From Chloroflexota bacterium (GTDB lineage: Bacteria > Chloroflexota > Anaerolineae > Aggregatilineales > UBA3940): DNA of 64,000 nt. The number at the start of each line of letters is the position of its first letter. Position 1 is the first letter of the stretch. This document shows, piece after piece, positions 25,243 to 33,901 of the stretch. The stretch lies in the NCBI GenBank assembly GCA_010092885.1, contig JAADYX010000159.1, forward strand, positions 27,554 through 91,553. The letters run 5' to 3'. Under the pieces are notes generated by a model. It was not told the DNA's origin, searched no databases, and saw nothing but the letters and a program-made list of their open reading frames with translations. Position numbers and translations under genes: made by a program.

Positions 25243-26718
25243 ATGAAAGAGCTATCGATTCGTTTGGAACGCGGCGCGAAGACGCCGCTGTATGAACAGC
25301 TCAAGCAGCACCTGATCGAACAGATCCGCTCAGGTGTGCTGCCTCCGGGTGCACGGCTGCCTGCTACGCGCGATCTGGCTGACCAGTTGGATATCGGGCG
25401 CATCAGTGTGGTCAGCGCCTATGAGGATCTCAAGCAGGCCGGTTACCTGGAAGCTCACGTGGGGCGCGGCACATTTGTCGCCGACCACCCTCCGGAGGAA
25501 AACACTGCTGCGCTGACCGGCTCGGCGTTTTTCCAAGATGCATCCATCCGCGAGTTGGTCCGGATGGCAGCCCGTCCGGGGGTCATTAGTTTTGCTATGG
25601 GCACTCCGCCGGACGAATTCCTGCCGGTTGGGATCATCCAACAGGCCATCGATGCTGTATTGGCTCGGGATGGCGCGTCCGCCCTTGCCTATGAGGCTCC
25701 TGAAGGCTTTTCACCGCTGCGTGAGGCTATCGCGCAAATGGTTGGCGAATCCGGGATCGAGGTCCGTGCGGATGATGTGCTCATCACAGGAGGCTGCCAA
25801 CAGGCATTGGACCTCGCGGTGCAGGCTCTGCTCAATCCGGGCGATGTGGTGCTGACCAGCAGCCCCACCTATGCGGGCTTCTTGGATATCGCGCAGGCAC
25901 GCGGCATCACGCCGGTAGGGGTACCCGTTGATCGGTACGGAATGCGCACGGATATGCTAGAGGCGCTCATTGCGGAGAACCGTCCCCGGCTGCTGTATGT
26001 CGCACCGACATATCACAATCCGACGGGCACGGTGATGCCTGCCTACCGGCGCGAGGAACTGTTAGCGGTAGCAGCACAGTACCGTCTGCCTGTATTGGAG
26101 GATGGGGTATACCAGGATCTCACCTTCACGACGGCACCACCGCCACCCCTCAAAGCGATGGATGATACCGATCTGGTGATGCATGCTAGCAGCTTCAGCA
26201 AGATCATGATGCCCGGTATGCGCATCGGCTATCTGATTGTCGGTGAGCGGCTGCGCAGAAGGCTTGTGCGCGTCAAGCAGGCGGCGGATGTGTGCACGCC
26301 TGCGCTCAACCAACGCGCGATGCACCATGTGCTGACAGGCGGTCAGCTGAACACACATTTGGAGGCGGTACGGTCCGCCCTGCTGACGCGCCGGTCCGCC
26401 CTGCTGGATGCACTCGAACGACACCTGCCTGAGGCAGCCTGGCACGAACCGAAGGGCGGTCTGTACGTTTGGGTCCTGCTGCCGGAGGACGGGCCTTCTG
26501 CTGCTGAGCTGCTGGTGCATGCCATCGGGCAGGGCACCGCTTTCGCGCCCGGGCCGCTGTTCCATCTGGATGGAGCAGGCGTACACGCGCTGCGGCTCAA
26601 CCTGGCAGCGCATCCACCGGACGTGATCGAAGAGGGTGTGCGGCGGTTGGGTTTCGTTTGGGCGCAGCAGGCCGAGCACTACCAGCCTGCTTCCCGACCC
26701 ACTTCACCCCTTCTGTAG
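25243..26718 (+). CDS. MocR/GntR-family regulator with aminotransferase-like (PLP fold type I) domain; PdxR-like by context
   Basis: Track ORF trimmed to ATG 25243. wHTH: PLYEQLKQHLIEQIRSGVLPPGARLPATRDLADQLDIGRISVVSAYEDL. AAT-like domain with ASSFSKIMMPGMRIGY (PLP Lys). It sits directly upstream of the PNPOx-like gene and pdxS/pdxT. Confidence 0.8.
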   Translation: MKELSIRLERGAKTPLYEQLKQHLIEQIRSGVLPPGARLPATRDLADQLDIGRISVVSAYEDLKQAGYLEAHVGRGTFVADHPPEENTAALTGSAFFQDASIRELVRMAARPGVISFAMGTPPDEFLPVGIIQQAIDAVLARDGASALAYEAPEGFSPLREAIAQMVGESGIEVRADDVLITGGCQQALDLAVQALLNPGDVVLTSSPTYAGFLDIAQARGITPVGVPVDRYGMRTDMLEALIAENRPRLLYVAPTYHNPTGTVMPAYRREELLAVAAQYRLPVLEDGVYQDLTFTTAPPPPLKAMDDTDLVMHASSFSKIMMPGMRIGYLIVGERLRRRLVRVKQAADVCTPALNQRAMHHVLTGGQLNTHLEAVRSALLTRRSALLDALERHLPEAAWHEPKGGLYVWVLLPEDGPSAAELLVHAIGQGTAFAPGPLFHLDGAGVHALRLNLAAHPPDVIEEGVRRLGFVWAQQAEHYQPASRPTSPLL

Positions 26719-26729
26719 GAGGTATACAC

Positions 26730-27266
26730 ATGCGCCGCAAGGACCGCGAGGTCACTGAGGAGAGATGGATCGTGGAGTTCCTGCACCGGCAGCCGTTTGG
26801 TTTTCTGGCTACCGCCGCAAACGGTGAACCCCATCTAAACAGCAACCTCTATGTTTATGATGAGGACGCACACGCCATCTACCTACACACAGCGCGTGTC
26901 GGGCGGACACGGGCCGAGATTGGAGCGGGAACTGCGGTATGCTTCACCGTCGCTGAGATGGGCCGCTTACTCCCCGCTGCCGAAGCGTTGGAATTCAGCG
27001 TGGAGTATGCCAGTGTGATGATCTTCGGGCAGGCTCACCTAGTTGAGGACGTTGAGCGCAAACGGCAGACTTTGCAGCTAATGCTGGACAAGTATGCCCC
27101 GCACCTGCAACCAAGCACCGACTACCGGCCCATCACCACGGACGAATTGAAGCGCACATCTGTTTTTGAAGTTGTTATCGACCATTGGACCGCCAAGCAG
27201 AAAAAGGTTCCGGAGGACTTTCCGGGTGCGTTCCGCTACGGCGATCCTGATATTTTCAAGGAGTGA
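26730..27266 (+). CDS. Pyridoxamine 5'-phosphate oxidase-like FMN-binding family protein
   Basis: Trimmed to ATG 26730, which follows AGGAGG. MRRKDREVTEERWIVEFLHRQPFGFLATAANGEPHLNSNLYVY shows the split-barrel PNPOx/NimA-like pattern. Confidence 0.7.
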   Translation: MRRKDREVTEERWIVEFLHRQPFGFLATAANGEPHLNSNLYVYDEDAHAIYLHTARVGRTRAEIGAGTAVCFTVAEMGRLLPAAEALEFSVEYASVMIFGQAHLVEDVERKRQTLQLMLDKYAPHLQPSTDYRPITTDELKRTSVFEVVIDHWTAKQKKVPEDFPGAFRYGDPDIFKE

Positions 27267-27269
27267 AAC

Positions 27270-28169
27270 ATGAGTGAACAGACCAATGGCAGCAAGGGAA
27301 CCTGGACGGTAAAAGCCGGGCTGGCACAGATGCTCAAGGGCGGCGTCATTATGGATGTCGTCAACGCGGAGCAGGCTCGCATCGCTGAGGAAGCGGGCGC
27401 TGTCGCTGTGATGGCGCTAGAGCGCGTCCCGGCGGATATCCGCGATCAGGGCGGCGTGGCCCGCATGTCCGACCCGGAAAAGATAGTCGAGATCATGGAG
27501 TCCACCAGCATCCCCGTGATGGCCAAAGCGCGCATCGGGCACTTTGTGGAAGCCCAGATCCTCGAAGCGCTGGGTGTGGACTACATCGATGAGAGCGAGG
27601 TGCTCACCCCAGCCGACGAAGAGCACCACATCAACAAGCACGATTTCACAGTGCCTTTTGTGTGCGGTGCACGCAATCTAGGTGAGGCCCTGCGTCGCAT
27701 CGGCGAGGGCGCAGCCATGATCCGGACCAAGGGTGAAGCAGGCACCGGTGATGTGGTCGAGGCTGTACGCCACGCACGCGCCGTGCTCGGCGAGATCCGT
27801 CGGGTACAGCACATGCCCACCGAGGAACTTATGAGCTACGCCAAGAGCATTGGTGCACCCTATGACCTGGTCGTCAGGACTGCCGAACTGGGGCGCCTGC
27901 CCGTCGTGAACTTTGCCGCAGGCGGTGTCGCCACGCCAGCGGACGCGGCTCTGATGATGCAGTTGGGCCTGGACGGTGTTTTTGTAGGCAGCGGCATCTT
28001 CAAGAGCGGCAACCCGGAGAAGCGCGCCAAGGCCATTGTAGAGGCTGTGACTCACTACCAGGATGCCAAGATCCTCGCTCAGGTGAGCCGCAACCTCGGT
28101 GAGCCGATGGTAGGTATCGGCATCAGCACGCTGCCGGACAATGAAAAGCTCGCTGGACGCGGCTGGTAA
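27270..28169 (+). CDS. pdxS: Pyridoxal 5'-phosphate synthase, lyase subunit
   Basis: [35 protein letters not shown] and [14 protein letters not shown]; near-canonical PdxS. Confidence 0.95.
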   Translation: MSEQTNGSKGTWTVKAGLAQMLKGGVIMDVVNAEQARIAEEAGAVAVMALERVPADIRDQGGVARMSDPEKIVEIMESTSIPVMAKARIGHFVEAQILEALGVDYIDESEVLTPADEEHHINKHDFTVPFVCGARNLGEALRRIGEGAAMIRTKGEAGTGDVVEAVRHARAVLGEIRRVQHMPTEELMSYAKSIGAPYDLVVRTAELGRLPVVNFAAGGVATPADAALMMQLGLDGVFVGSGIFKSGNPEKRAKAIVEAVTHYQDAKILAQVSRNLGEPMVGIGISTLPDNEKLAGRGW

Positions 28170-28189
28170 TCTCACCCGGAACAACAACC

Positions 28190-28224
28190 GCCGCGAGGGA
28201 TCTGACCCTCGCGGCTTTCTCTTC
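28190..28224 (+). terminator. Terminator-like hairpin between pdxS and pdxT
   Basis: GCCGCGAGGG (28190..28199), loop atctga, CCCTCGCGGC (28206..28215): a 10-bp perfect stem. It is followed by TTTCTCTTC and sits just upstream of the pdxT GGAGG SD. Confidence 0.5.
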
Positions 28225-28236
28225 ACGGAGGCAAAC

Positions 28237-28836
28237 ATGAACATGACGATCGGCGTATTGGCCCTTCAAGGTGCGTTTATCGAACATATCAAAATGCTGG
28301 CAGAACTCGGTGTGGATGCGGTTGAAGTGCGCAAACCGGAGCATCTGGACGATCTCGACGCCCTGATCATTCCCGGCGGGGAGAGCACCACAATCGGCAA
28401 GCTGGCGCGGACATATGGCCTGCTCGATCCCCTGCGCAGCTTCACACAGCAGAAACCGACCTGGGGAACCTGCGCGGGACTGATCTTTCTCGCCAAGCGC
28501 ATCGGACGTGATCAGCCTCTTGTTGGGGCAATGGATATCACGGTTGAGCGCAATGCGTTTGGCCGTCAGGTCGACAGTTTTGAGGTTGACATCCTGATTG
28601 AAGGGATCGGCGATGAACCGTTCCGAGCGGTATTCATCCGTGCACCGGTGATCACCCACGCCGATGAGGATAAAGGGGTTGAGGTGCTCGCCGAGCTGCC
28701 GGAAAAAGGGATCGTTGCGGTGCGACAGGGGCACCTGTTGGGCACAGCTTTCCATCCCGAACTCACCGCTGACTGCAGGCTGCACGAACTGTTTGTGCGA
28801 ATGGTAGAGGCTGAAAAATCAACGGAGGGAGCATAG
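28237..28836 (+). CDS. pdxT: Pyridoxal 5'-phosphate synthase, glutaminase subunit
   Basis: Trimmed to ATG 28237 (after GGAGG). [39 protein letters not shown] (Cys nucleophile), FHPE. Confidence 0.92.
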   Translation: MNMTIGVLALQGAFIEHIKMLAELGVDAVEVRKPEHLDDLDALIIPGGESTTIGKLARTYGLLDPLRSFTQQKPTWGTCAGLIFLAKRIGRDQPLVGAMDITVERNAFGRQVDSFEVDILIEGIGDEPFRAVFIRAPVITHADEDKGVEVLAELPEKGIVAVRQGHLLGTAFHPELTADCRLHELFVRMVEAEKSTEGA

Positions 28837-28850
28837 ACGCTCCCTCTGGT

Positions 28851-30017
28851 TCACTGCGACAGATAATCGCGCAGTTGGCGCGAGCGTTTCGGGTGGCGCA
28901 GACGGCGCAGGGCCTTGCCCTCAATCTGGCGGATGCGCTCGCGCGTCAGGCCGAACTTCTCTCCAACCTCTTCCAGAGTATAGGTACGGCCATTCTGCAA
29001 ACCGAAGCGCAGCCGCAGGATGCGCGCCTCACGCGGGGTAAGAGTGGCCAGCATCTCTTCGACCTTTTCACGCAGCAGGCTGTCGGGCACAGAGTGGGTG
29101 GGGGTGGGGGTGGAGTCGTCTTCGATGAAGGAACCCAGTTCGCTGTCCTCTTCCTCACCAACAGGGTGCTCGAGTGAGAGGGGCTGCCAGCTCACACGCA
29201 GCATCCATTGGACTTTGCGCGGCTCCATATCAAGTTCTTCGGCGATCTCCTCAGGGGTAGGTTTGCGCCCTTTTTCCTGCTCCAGCTTCCGAGCTGCTTT
29301 GTACAGCCGCCGGATGCGGTCTGACATGTGCACAGGCACACGGATGGTCCGGCCTTGGTCGGCAATGGCGCGTGTAATCGTCTGGCGGATCCACCAGGTG
29401 GCATACGTACTGAAGCGGAATCCCCGCCGATAGTCGAATTTCTCGACAGCCTTCATCAGACCGAGATTGCCCTCCTGGATAAGATCGAGGAAGGGGACAC
29501 CGCGCCCAACGTACTTTTTGGCGATGCTGACCACAAGCCGGGTGTTCGCTTTGATCAGATGGTCGCGTGCGTCTTCCCCATCCTGTACCAGCCGGGCCAA
29601 CTCCATCCGCTGCTCAAACGACAGGTTGTCACTGGCATTGAGTTCCTCAGCGGCCTGCATGCCCAACTCAAACTGTTGAGCGAGCGACACCTCTTCTTGT
29701 GTGGTCAGCAGGGGAACGCGGGCCATCTCCTTGAGATACAGCCCGACGGTATCGTCTGATGAAATACCGGCCAGATCGAAATTGGCGGCATCAGCGAGTG
29801 AGCCAGCATCAGGTGACTTGTCGTCATCCACCGGCTCGCCTTCGACCTCAACTCCGGCCTCGGCCAGAGCTTCGACGAGATCCTCGATGCGTGCCAGCGT
29901 CAAATTGGCCTCCCGGGCAGCATCCACCACCTCCGCATAGGATAGATACCCCTGCAACTCTGCTTTTTCGGCAAGTTCGGCGATCAGGTCGCTGTCCCGG
30001 TCATCTTCATATGTCAT
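28851..30017 (-). CDS. Second primary-like (group 1/2) sigma-70 factor
   Basis: [71 protein letters not shown]. It has all four regions but a shorter N-terminus than the rpoD at 18180. Confidence 0.85.
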   Translation of the reverse strand: MTYEDDRDSDLIAELAEKAELQGYLSYAEVVDAAREANLTLARIEDLVEALAEAGVEVEGEPVDDDKSPDAGSLADAANFDLAGISSDDTVGLYLKEMARVPLLTTQEEVSLAQQFELGMQAAEELNASDNLSFEQRMELARLVQDGEDARDHLIKANTRLVVSIAKKYVGRGVPFLDLIQEGNLGLMKAVEKFDYRRGFRFSTYATWWIRQTITRAIADQGRTIRVPVHMSDRIRRLYKAARKLEQEKGRKPTPEEIAEELDMEPRKVQWMLRVSWQPLSLEHPVGEEEDSELGSFIEDDSTPTPTHSVPDSLLREKVEEMLATLTPREARILRLRFGLQNGRTYTLEEVGEKFGLTRERIRQIEGKALRRLRHPKRSRQLRDYLSQ

Positions 30018-30065
30018 TGTCGCAGGTCTCCCGTTCTTTTGAGGCTAACACGAGAACTAAAGCAG

Positions 30066-30093
30066 CCGGCACCAGCCTGTGAGCTGGTGCCGG
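30066..30093 (-). terminator. Strong hairpin between the DUF177 gene and the sigma gene
   Basis: CCGGCACCAGC / GCTGGTGCCGG: 11-bp perfect stem, 6-nt loop. Only a weak U-rich tail follows on the minus strand (CUGCUUUAGUUCU). Confidence 0.45.
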
Positions 30094-30103
30094 TTGTTGT
30101 GTG

Positions 30104-30640
30104 TCATTTGTCTTCAAGCAGTGAACGCAGTACTTCAAGGCGCGGATCAATGCTCTCTTGTTCACAGTCACAAGTGCCTTCATTCAGGTTTTGGCCGCAT
30201 TGTGAACATAGACCGCTGCAGTCGGGTGAACAGAGTGTTTGAATGGGCAGAGCAAGGATGCCTTCCTCCCGCACGATAGGAGCCAGGTCGATCTCACTGC
30301 CTTCTGAAATGTGGAACATGCTGTTCACAGTATGTGCGTTTTCACTGTTGTGTGGGACGAACAACTCGTTGATCGTGATTTCGAACGGATACTCAAAACT
30401 CGTCAAACACCGGACACATTGCGTGTTGATGCCCGCTATCATTGTTCCCTGAACAAGCACACCCGGGGGCGTTCTCGACAGCCGGATAGTGCCGTCCAGG
30501 TTGGTAAAGAGCACATCCTCGATGTGGAAGGGCTGCGGGATATCGATGATGACTTCCCGACTGTAGCCATTGTCCTGTCGGAGGATATGGCCGACATTGA
30601 TCCGCAGTGCTCGTTTACCAGATCGAAGTGGGGGTGTCAT
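30104..30640 (-). CDS. YceD/DUF177 family protein
   Basis: The C-terminal metal-binding cluster CSPDCSGLCSQCGQNLNEGTCDC is typical of DUF177. Confidence 0.8.
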   Translation of the reverse strand: MTPPLRSGKRALRINVGHILRQDNGYSREVIIDIPQPFHIEDVLFTNLDGTIRLSRTPPGVLVQGTMIAGINTQCVRCLTSFEYPFEITINELFVPHNSENAHTVNSMFHISEGSEIDLAPIVREEGILALPIQTLCSPDCSGLCSQCGQNLNEGTCDCEQESIDPRLEVLRSLLEDK

Positions 30641-30679
30641 GACAATCCATCTCTTATATGCTAAAGAGCTTCTAAAGGT

Positions 30680-30705
30680 AAAAGACGACCAGAAGAGTCG
30701 TCGTC
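30680..30705 (-). terminator. Terminator-like hairpin in the 5' leader of the DUF177 gene
   Basis: Minus strand: GACGAC, loop UCUUCUG, GUCGUC, then UUUUACCUUU. It lies about 40 nt upstream of the start codon and downstream of the TTGACC/TATAAT promoter. Confidence 0.4.
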
Positions 30706-30745
30706 AGCCGGGATTGGGAAACGCTAATTGTTAACGCGCAGACGC

Positions 30746-30775
30746 ATTATAGCATGATCGCTTGGCAAGGGTCAA
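30746..30775 (-). promoter_or_regulatory. Putative sigma-70 promoter for the DUF177 gene
   Basis: Minus strand: TTGACC (30775..30770), 18 bp spacer, TATAAT (30751..30746). Confidence 0.6.
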
Positions 30776-30793
30776 CCGGCATGTAGAAAGTAA

Positions 30794-30836
30794 TCAAAAA
30801 GGGGGGCGGGAAGCAAGTTTCTGCTTGACTTCCCGC
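30794..30836 (-). terminator. Terminator after pheT
   Basis: Minus strand: GCGGGAAGuCAAG / CUUGCUUCCCGC (12 bp with one bulge), then CCCCCUUUUUGAUU. Confidence 0.6.
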
Positions 30837-30876
30837 GTTTAAACATTATCAGCACACAGGCTGCGGTATGCCACGC

Positions 30877-33477
30877 CTATTCGCGCAGAACGGCATCCAA
30901 TTCATCCTTCAGGGTGGACACGATCCGCTTGCGCAGTTTTGTTATATCTTTGTCACGCAGGGTCTTATCCGGAGCCTGATAGCTTAGCGCATAGGCCAGA
31001 CTCTTTTTACCTTCGGGTACCGGATCCCCTTCGTAAACGTCAAACAGTTGAACATCCTTCAGCAGGAAGCCCCCCGCCGACCGGATGACCATCTCAACGC
31101 GGGCCGCCGCCACCTCCTTGTCCACAATGACAGCGATGTCCTCATACACTGCGGGGAAAGCCGACAGTGGCTCCACCGGGAAGTCAGGGCGCATCGCGTA
31201 CATGAGCGCATCCATATCCAGATCGGCTACAAGCACCGGGATATCCGGGAGCTCGTGGGCCTGCACAACCATTGGATGAACCTGCCCGAAGACGCCGATC
31301 GCCTCTTCTGCAGCCATCACCCGTGCCACACGTCCGGGGAAGAATGTGGCATGCTCGGCTGGCTCATAATGCACCGCGTTGATGTGCAGTCCTCGCATCA
31401 GCGCCTCGACCACACCCTTCATGTCGTAGAAGTCCATCAGGCCATCCTCTGCACCCAACCACGATGAACTGCTGCGGCTGCCCATCAGACCGAGACACAG
31501 CCGCCATGGCTCCTGGGGTAGGGCTGAGTCCTTAGCAGGTAGGTACACTTTGCCCAGTTCAAAGAGGCGCTGCTGAACCCGCCAGCGATTGTTGAGGGCC
31601 AACGTCTCAAGCATAGGGCCGATCAGTGAGTGGCGCAGCACTGCCTTGTCTGCGCTCAGCGGATTGGCCAGCCGCACATAGTCCCCGTTTGGCAGATCGG
31701 AGGGGCTGCCAAGCGGAGTCAGCAGTGCCTCGCGCTCCGGTGTCGTGAACCGGTAGGTGATGATCTCGACCAGACCCGCTTCAACGAGCACATCGCGAAC
31801 CGTTTCATGCGCCTGAAGTGTCGGATTGTTGCGCTGCGGCGGCAGCTCATCAATAAGCATCGTATTGGGTATGGCGTCGTATCCATAGATGCGGGCGATC
31901 TCCTCAATCAGATCCGCCTGCGCCACCACATCACCGATGTCCTCGTTCCCCGGTACATGGATCTGCTGAATATCCATCCGGTGTTCGGGCACGGTTACCC
32001 GCAGAGTGCTGTCATCAAGCTTCTCAACGCCAAACTCAAGTGACTCAAGGATGCGTCTTACATCCTCAACAGGCACAGCGATTCCGAGGATGCGTTCGAC
32101 CTCGCTCATGGGTAAATCAACGACGATCGGCTCGGGCGGTGCCGGATAGTCATCCAGGATGCCCTGTGCGATGGTGCCGCCCGCGATCTGGCGCATTATC
32201 TCAATGGCACGCAGCAGGCCGATCTTCGCTTGAGCAGGGTGCACACCCCGGCTGAAGCGTGCGCCTGCCTCCGATGAGACAGGTTTGCCACGCTCGCGCT
32301 GCGCGCTCAACGTCTTGCGGATGTTGATGTAGTTCCAGCCCGCCGCTTCCAACAGTACGGTCTGCGTGCCCGCGTGGATCTCGGATTCATCGCCGCCCAT
32401 GATGCCTCCCAGACTGAGTACTCCGGCTTCATCAGCAACGAGAATGGTGAACTCATCTAAAGTGCGCTCAACATCGTCCAGTGTGACCAGGCTCTCGCCG
32501 GGCTCGGGCAGCCGGGTGATGATGGTCGGCGTCTGGCCATCTGCCCGTTCGACCAAAATATCGTAGTCGAAAGCATGCAGAGGTTGGCCTGTCTCCAGCA
32601 TGACATAGTTGGTGATGTCCACAATGTTGTTCACGGGGCGCATGCCGGCCAACAGCAAGCGCCGCTGCATCCACTTGGGGGAGGGTTCAACCGTCACGCC
32701 CTTGAGCAGGGCTAAGGTAAACCGTGGGTTGAGCTCAGGTTCACGGATGTCCAGACCAACCTGCCCCTCTATCGGTTCTCCCTCAGCCTTGACTTGCGTT
32801 GGCGGGTGCCGCAGTTCGGCACCGGTTACCGCAGCGACCTCCCGGGCAATACCCATCATGCTGAAGGCGCGGGCGAAGTTCGGTGTCAGCTCGAATTCAA
32901 TGACCGCATCGCCCAACACATCCTGAATGGGTGTGCCAGCCGGTAAGTCAGTATCAAGGATCAGGATGCCATCGTGGAACTCAGACAGACCAATCTCCTT
33001 TTCGGAGCAGACCATGGAGCGGTTCTCGATGCCGCGCAGTTCACGCGGTTTGAGCGTCATGGTCGCGTTGGGCCATTCATCGCTGTATGGGTCAAGCAGT
33101 TCGGCCCCTTCCAATGCGAAGACAACCGCCAACGGCTCATCAAGGGGTGCACCCACATATTGGAACAGGTTCGGTGCACCCGTGACCGCCTGCTCAAGTG
33201 CGTCACCGCCGTAGTCCACCATGGCGAGCACAAGACGGTCCGCATCCGGATGGGGCTTCACTTCATGAATGTAGCCCAGAACCAATGAGTCACGATCCCA
33301 GACGATTGTGTCAACAACCATGTCGACGGCTTTGTCCGGCTCGATGTCGCCGGGCGGGATGCCGATATAGCGAATGCGATCCACTTCCAGACCGGCAAGG
33401 GTCAGCCGGTAGGCGAGTTCTTCCACGGATACGGTGAGGTCAACATAGTCTTTCAACCAGGATACAGGCACTTTCAT
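30877..33477 (-). CDS. pheT: Phenylalanyl-tRNA synthetase beta subunit
   Basis: MKVPVSWLKDYVDL. 866 aa with tRNA-binding, B3/4, B5 and C-terminal anticodon-binding-like blocks. Confidence 0.92.
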   Translation of the reverse strand: MKVPVSWLKDYVDLTVSVEELAYRLTLAGLEVDRIRYIGIPPGDIEPDKAVDMVVDTIVWDRDSLVLGYIHEVKPHPDADRLVLAMVDYGGDALEQAVTGAPNLFQYVGAPLDEPLAVVFALEGAELLDPYSDEWPNATMTLKPRELRGIENRSMVCSEKEIGLSEFHDGILILDTDLPAGTPIQDVLGDAVIEFELTPNFARAFSMMGIAREVAAVTGAELRHPPTQVKAEGEPIEGQVGLDIREPELNPRFTLALLKGVTVEPSPKWMQRRLLLAGMRPVNNIVDITNYVMLETGQPLHAFDYDILVERADGQTPTIITRLPEPGESLVTLDDVERTLDEFTILVADEAGVLSLGGIMGGDESEIHAGTQTVLLEAAGWNYINIRKTLSAQRERGKPVSSEAGARFSRGVHPAQAKIGLLRAIEIMRQIAGGTIAQGILDDYPAPPEPIVVDLPMSEVERILGIAVPVEDVRRILESLEFGVEKLDDSTLRVTVPEHRMDIQQIHVPGNEDIGDVVAQADLIEEIARIYGYDAIPNTMLIDELPPQRNNPTLQAHETVRDVLVEAGLVEIITYRFTTPEREALLTPLGSPSDLPNGDYVRLANPLSADKAVLRHSLIGPMLETLALNNRWRVQQRLFELGKVYLPAKDSALPQEPWRLCLGLMGSRSSSSWLGAEDGLMDFYDMKGVVEALMRGLHINAVHYEPAEHATFFPGRVARVMAAEEAIGVFGQVHPMVVQAHELPDIPVLVADLDMDALMYAMRPDFPVEPLSAFPAVYEDIAVIVDKEVAAARVEMVIRSAGGFLLKDVQLFDVYEGDPVPEGKKSLAYALSYQAPDKTLRDKDITKLRKRIVSTLKDELDAVLRE

Positions 33478-33493
33478 AGTCGAGACTCCCTTC

Positions 33494-33901
33494 TCACTTG
33501 ATCAGCCGGTCGTCTTCCGGCTCGGGTATGTCAACATTGGGCAGAACGCGTTCAAGCATGCGAACGAAGACATCATCTTCAAACACAACATAGAGGATTG
33601 CCACGATAGCGAACCAGATGCTGGCTTCCAGCAGAGTGATCGTGACACTTTCAGCCGCGAATCCCAGCACCACCACACCCACGACCGTGATATTGAAACT
33701 GATCGACAGGGTGCGCCGGAGCCCTGCATACACCGCATCCAAAATGCGTGCTACGCGCAGCGCAGTAGCAGTCACCAACCCACTGATCACGACCAACACG
33801 TAGCTGATGGGCGGCTCCAGCAGCACCATGCCAAGCAGCAGGGCAGCAAGCACCAGGCCGATGATCAGCCCGATGATCAATCCCTGTGTTGAGTGTTCCA
33901 C
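33494..33901 (-). CDS. Hypothetical 4-TM membrane protein encoded between pheS and pheT
   Basis: GTG 33901 overlaps the pheS TAG by 1 nt (TAGTG), and the stop lies 16 nt before the pheT ATG. Hydrophobic segments: GLIIGLIIGLVLAALLLGMVLL, YVLVVISGLVTATAL, ITVVGVVVLGFAA, IWFAIVAILYVVF. No family recognised. Confidence 0.55.
   Translation of the reverse strand: MEHSTQGLIIGLIIGLVLAALLLGMVLLEPPISYVLVVISGLVTATALRVARILDAVYAGLRRTLSISFNITVVGVVVLGFAAESVTITLLEASIWFAIVAILYVVFEDDVFVRMLERVLPNVDIPEPEDDRLIK

Noticed and set aside
30018-30103. An expected rpmF (L32) gene downstream of the DUF177 gene
   Set aside because: The spacer is only 86 bp and is occupied by an 11-bp hairpin. No ORF of L32 size exists in any frame.
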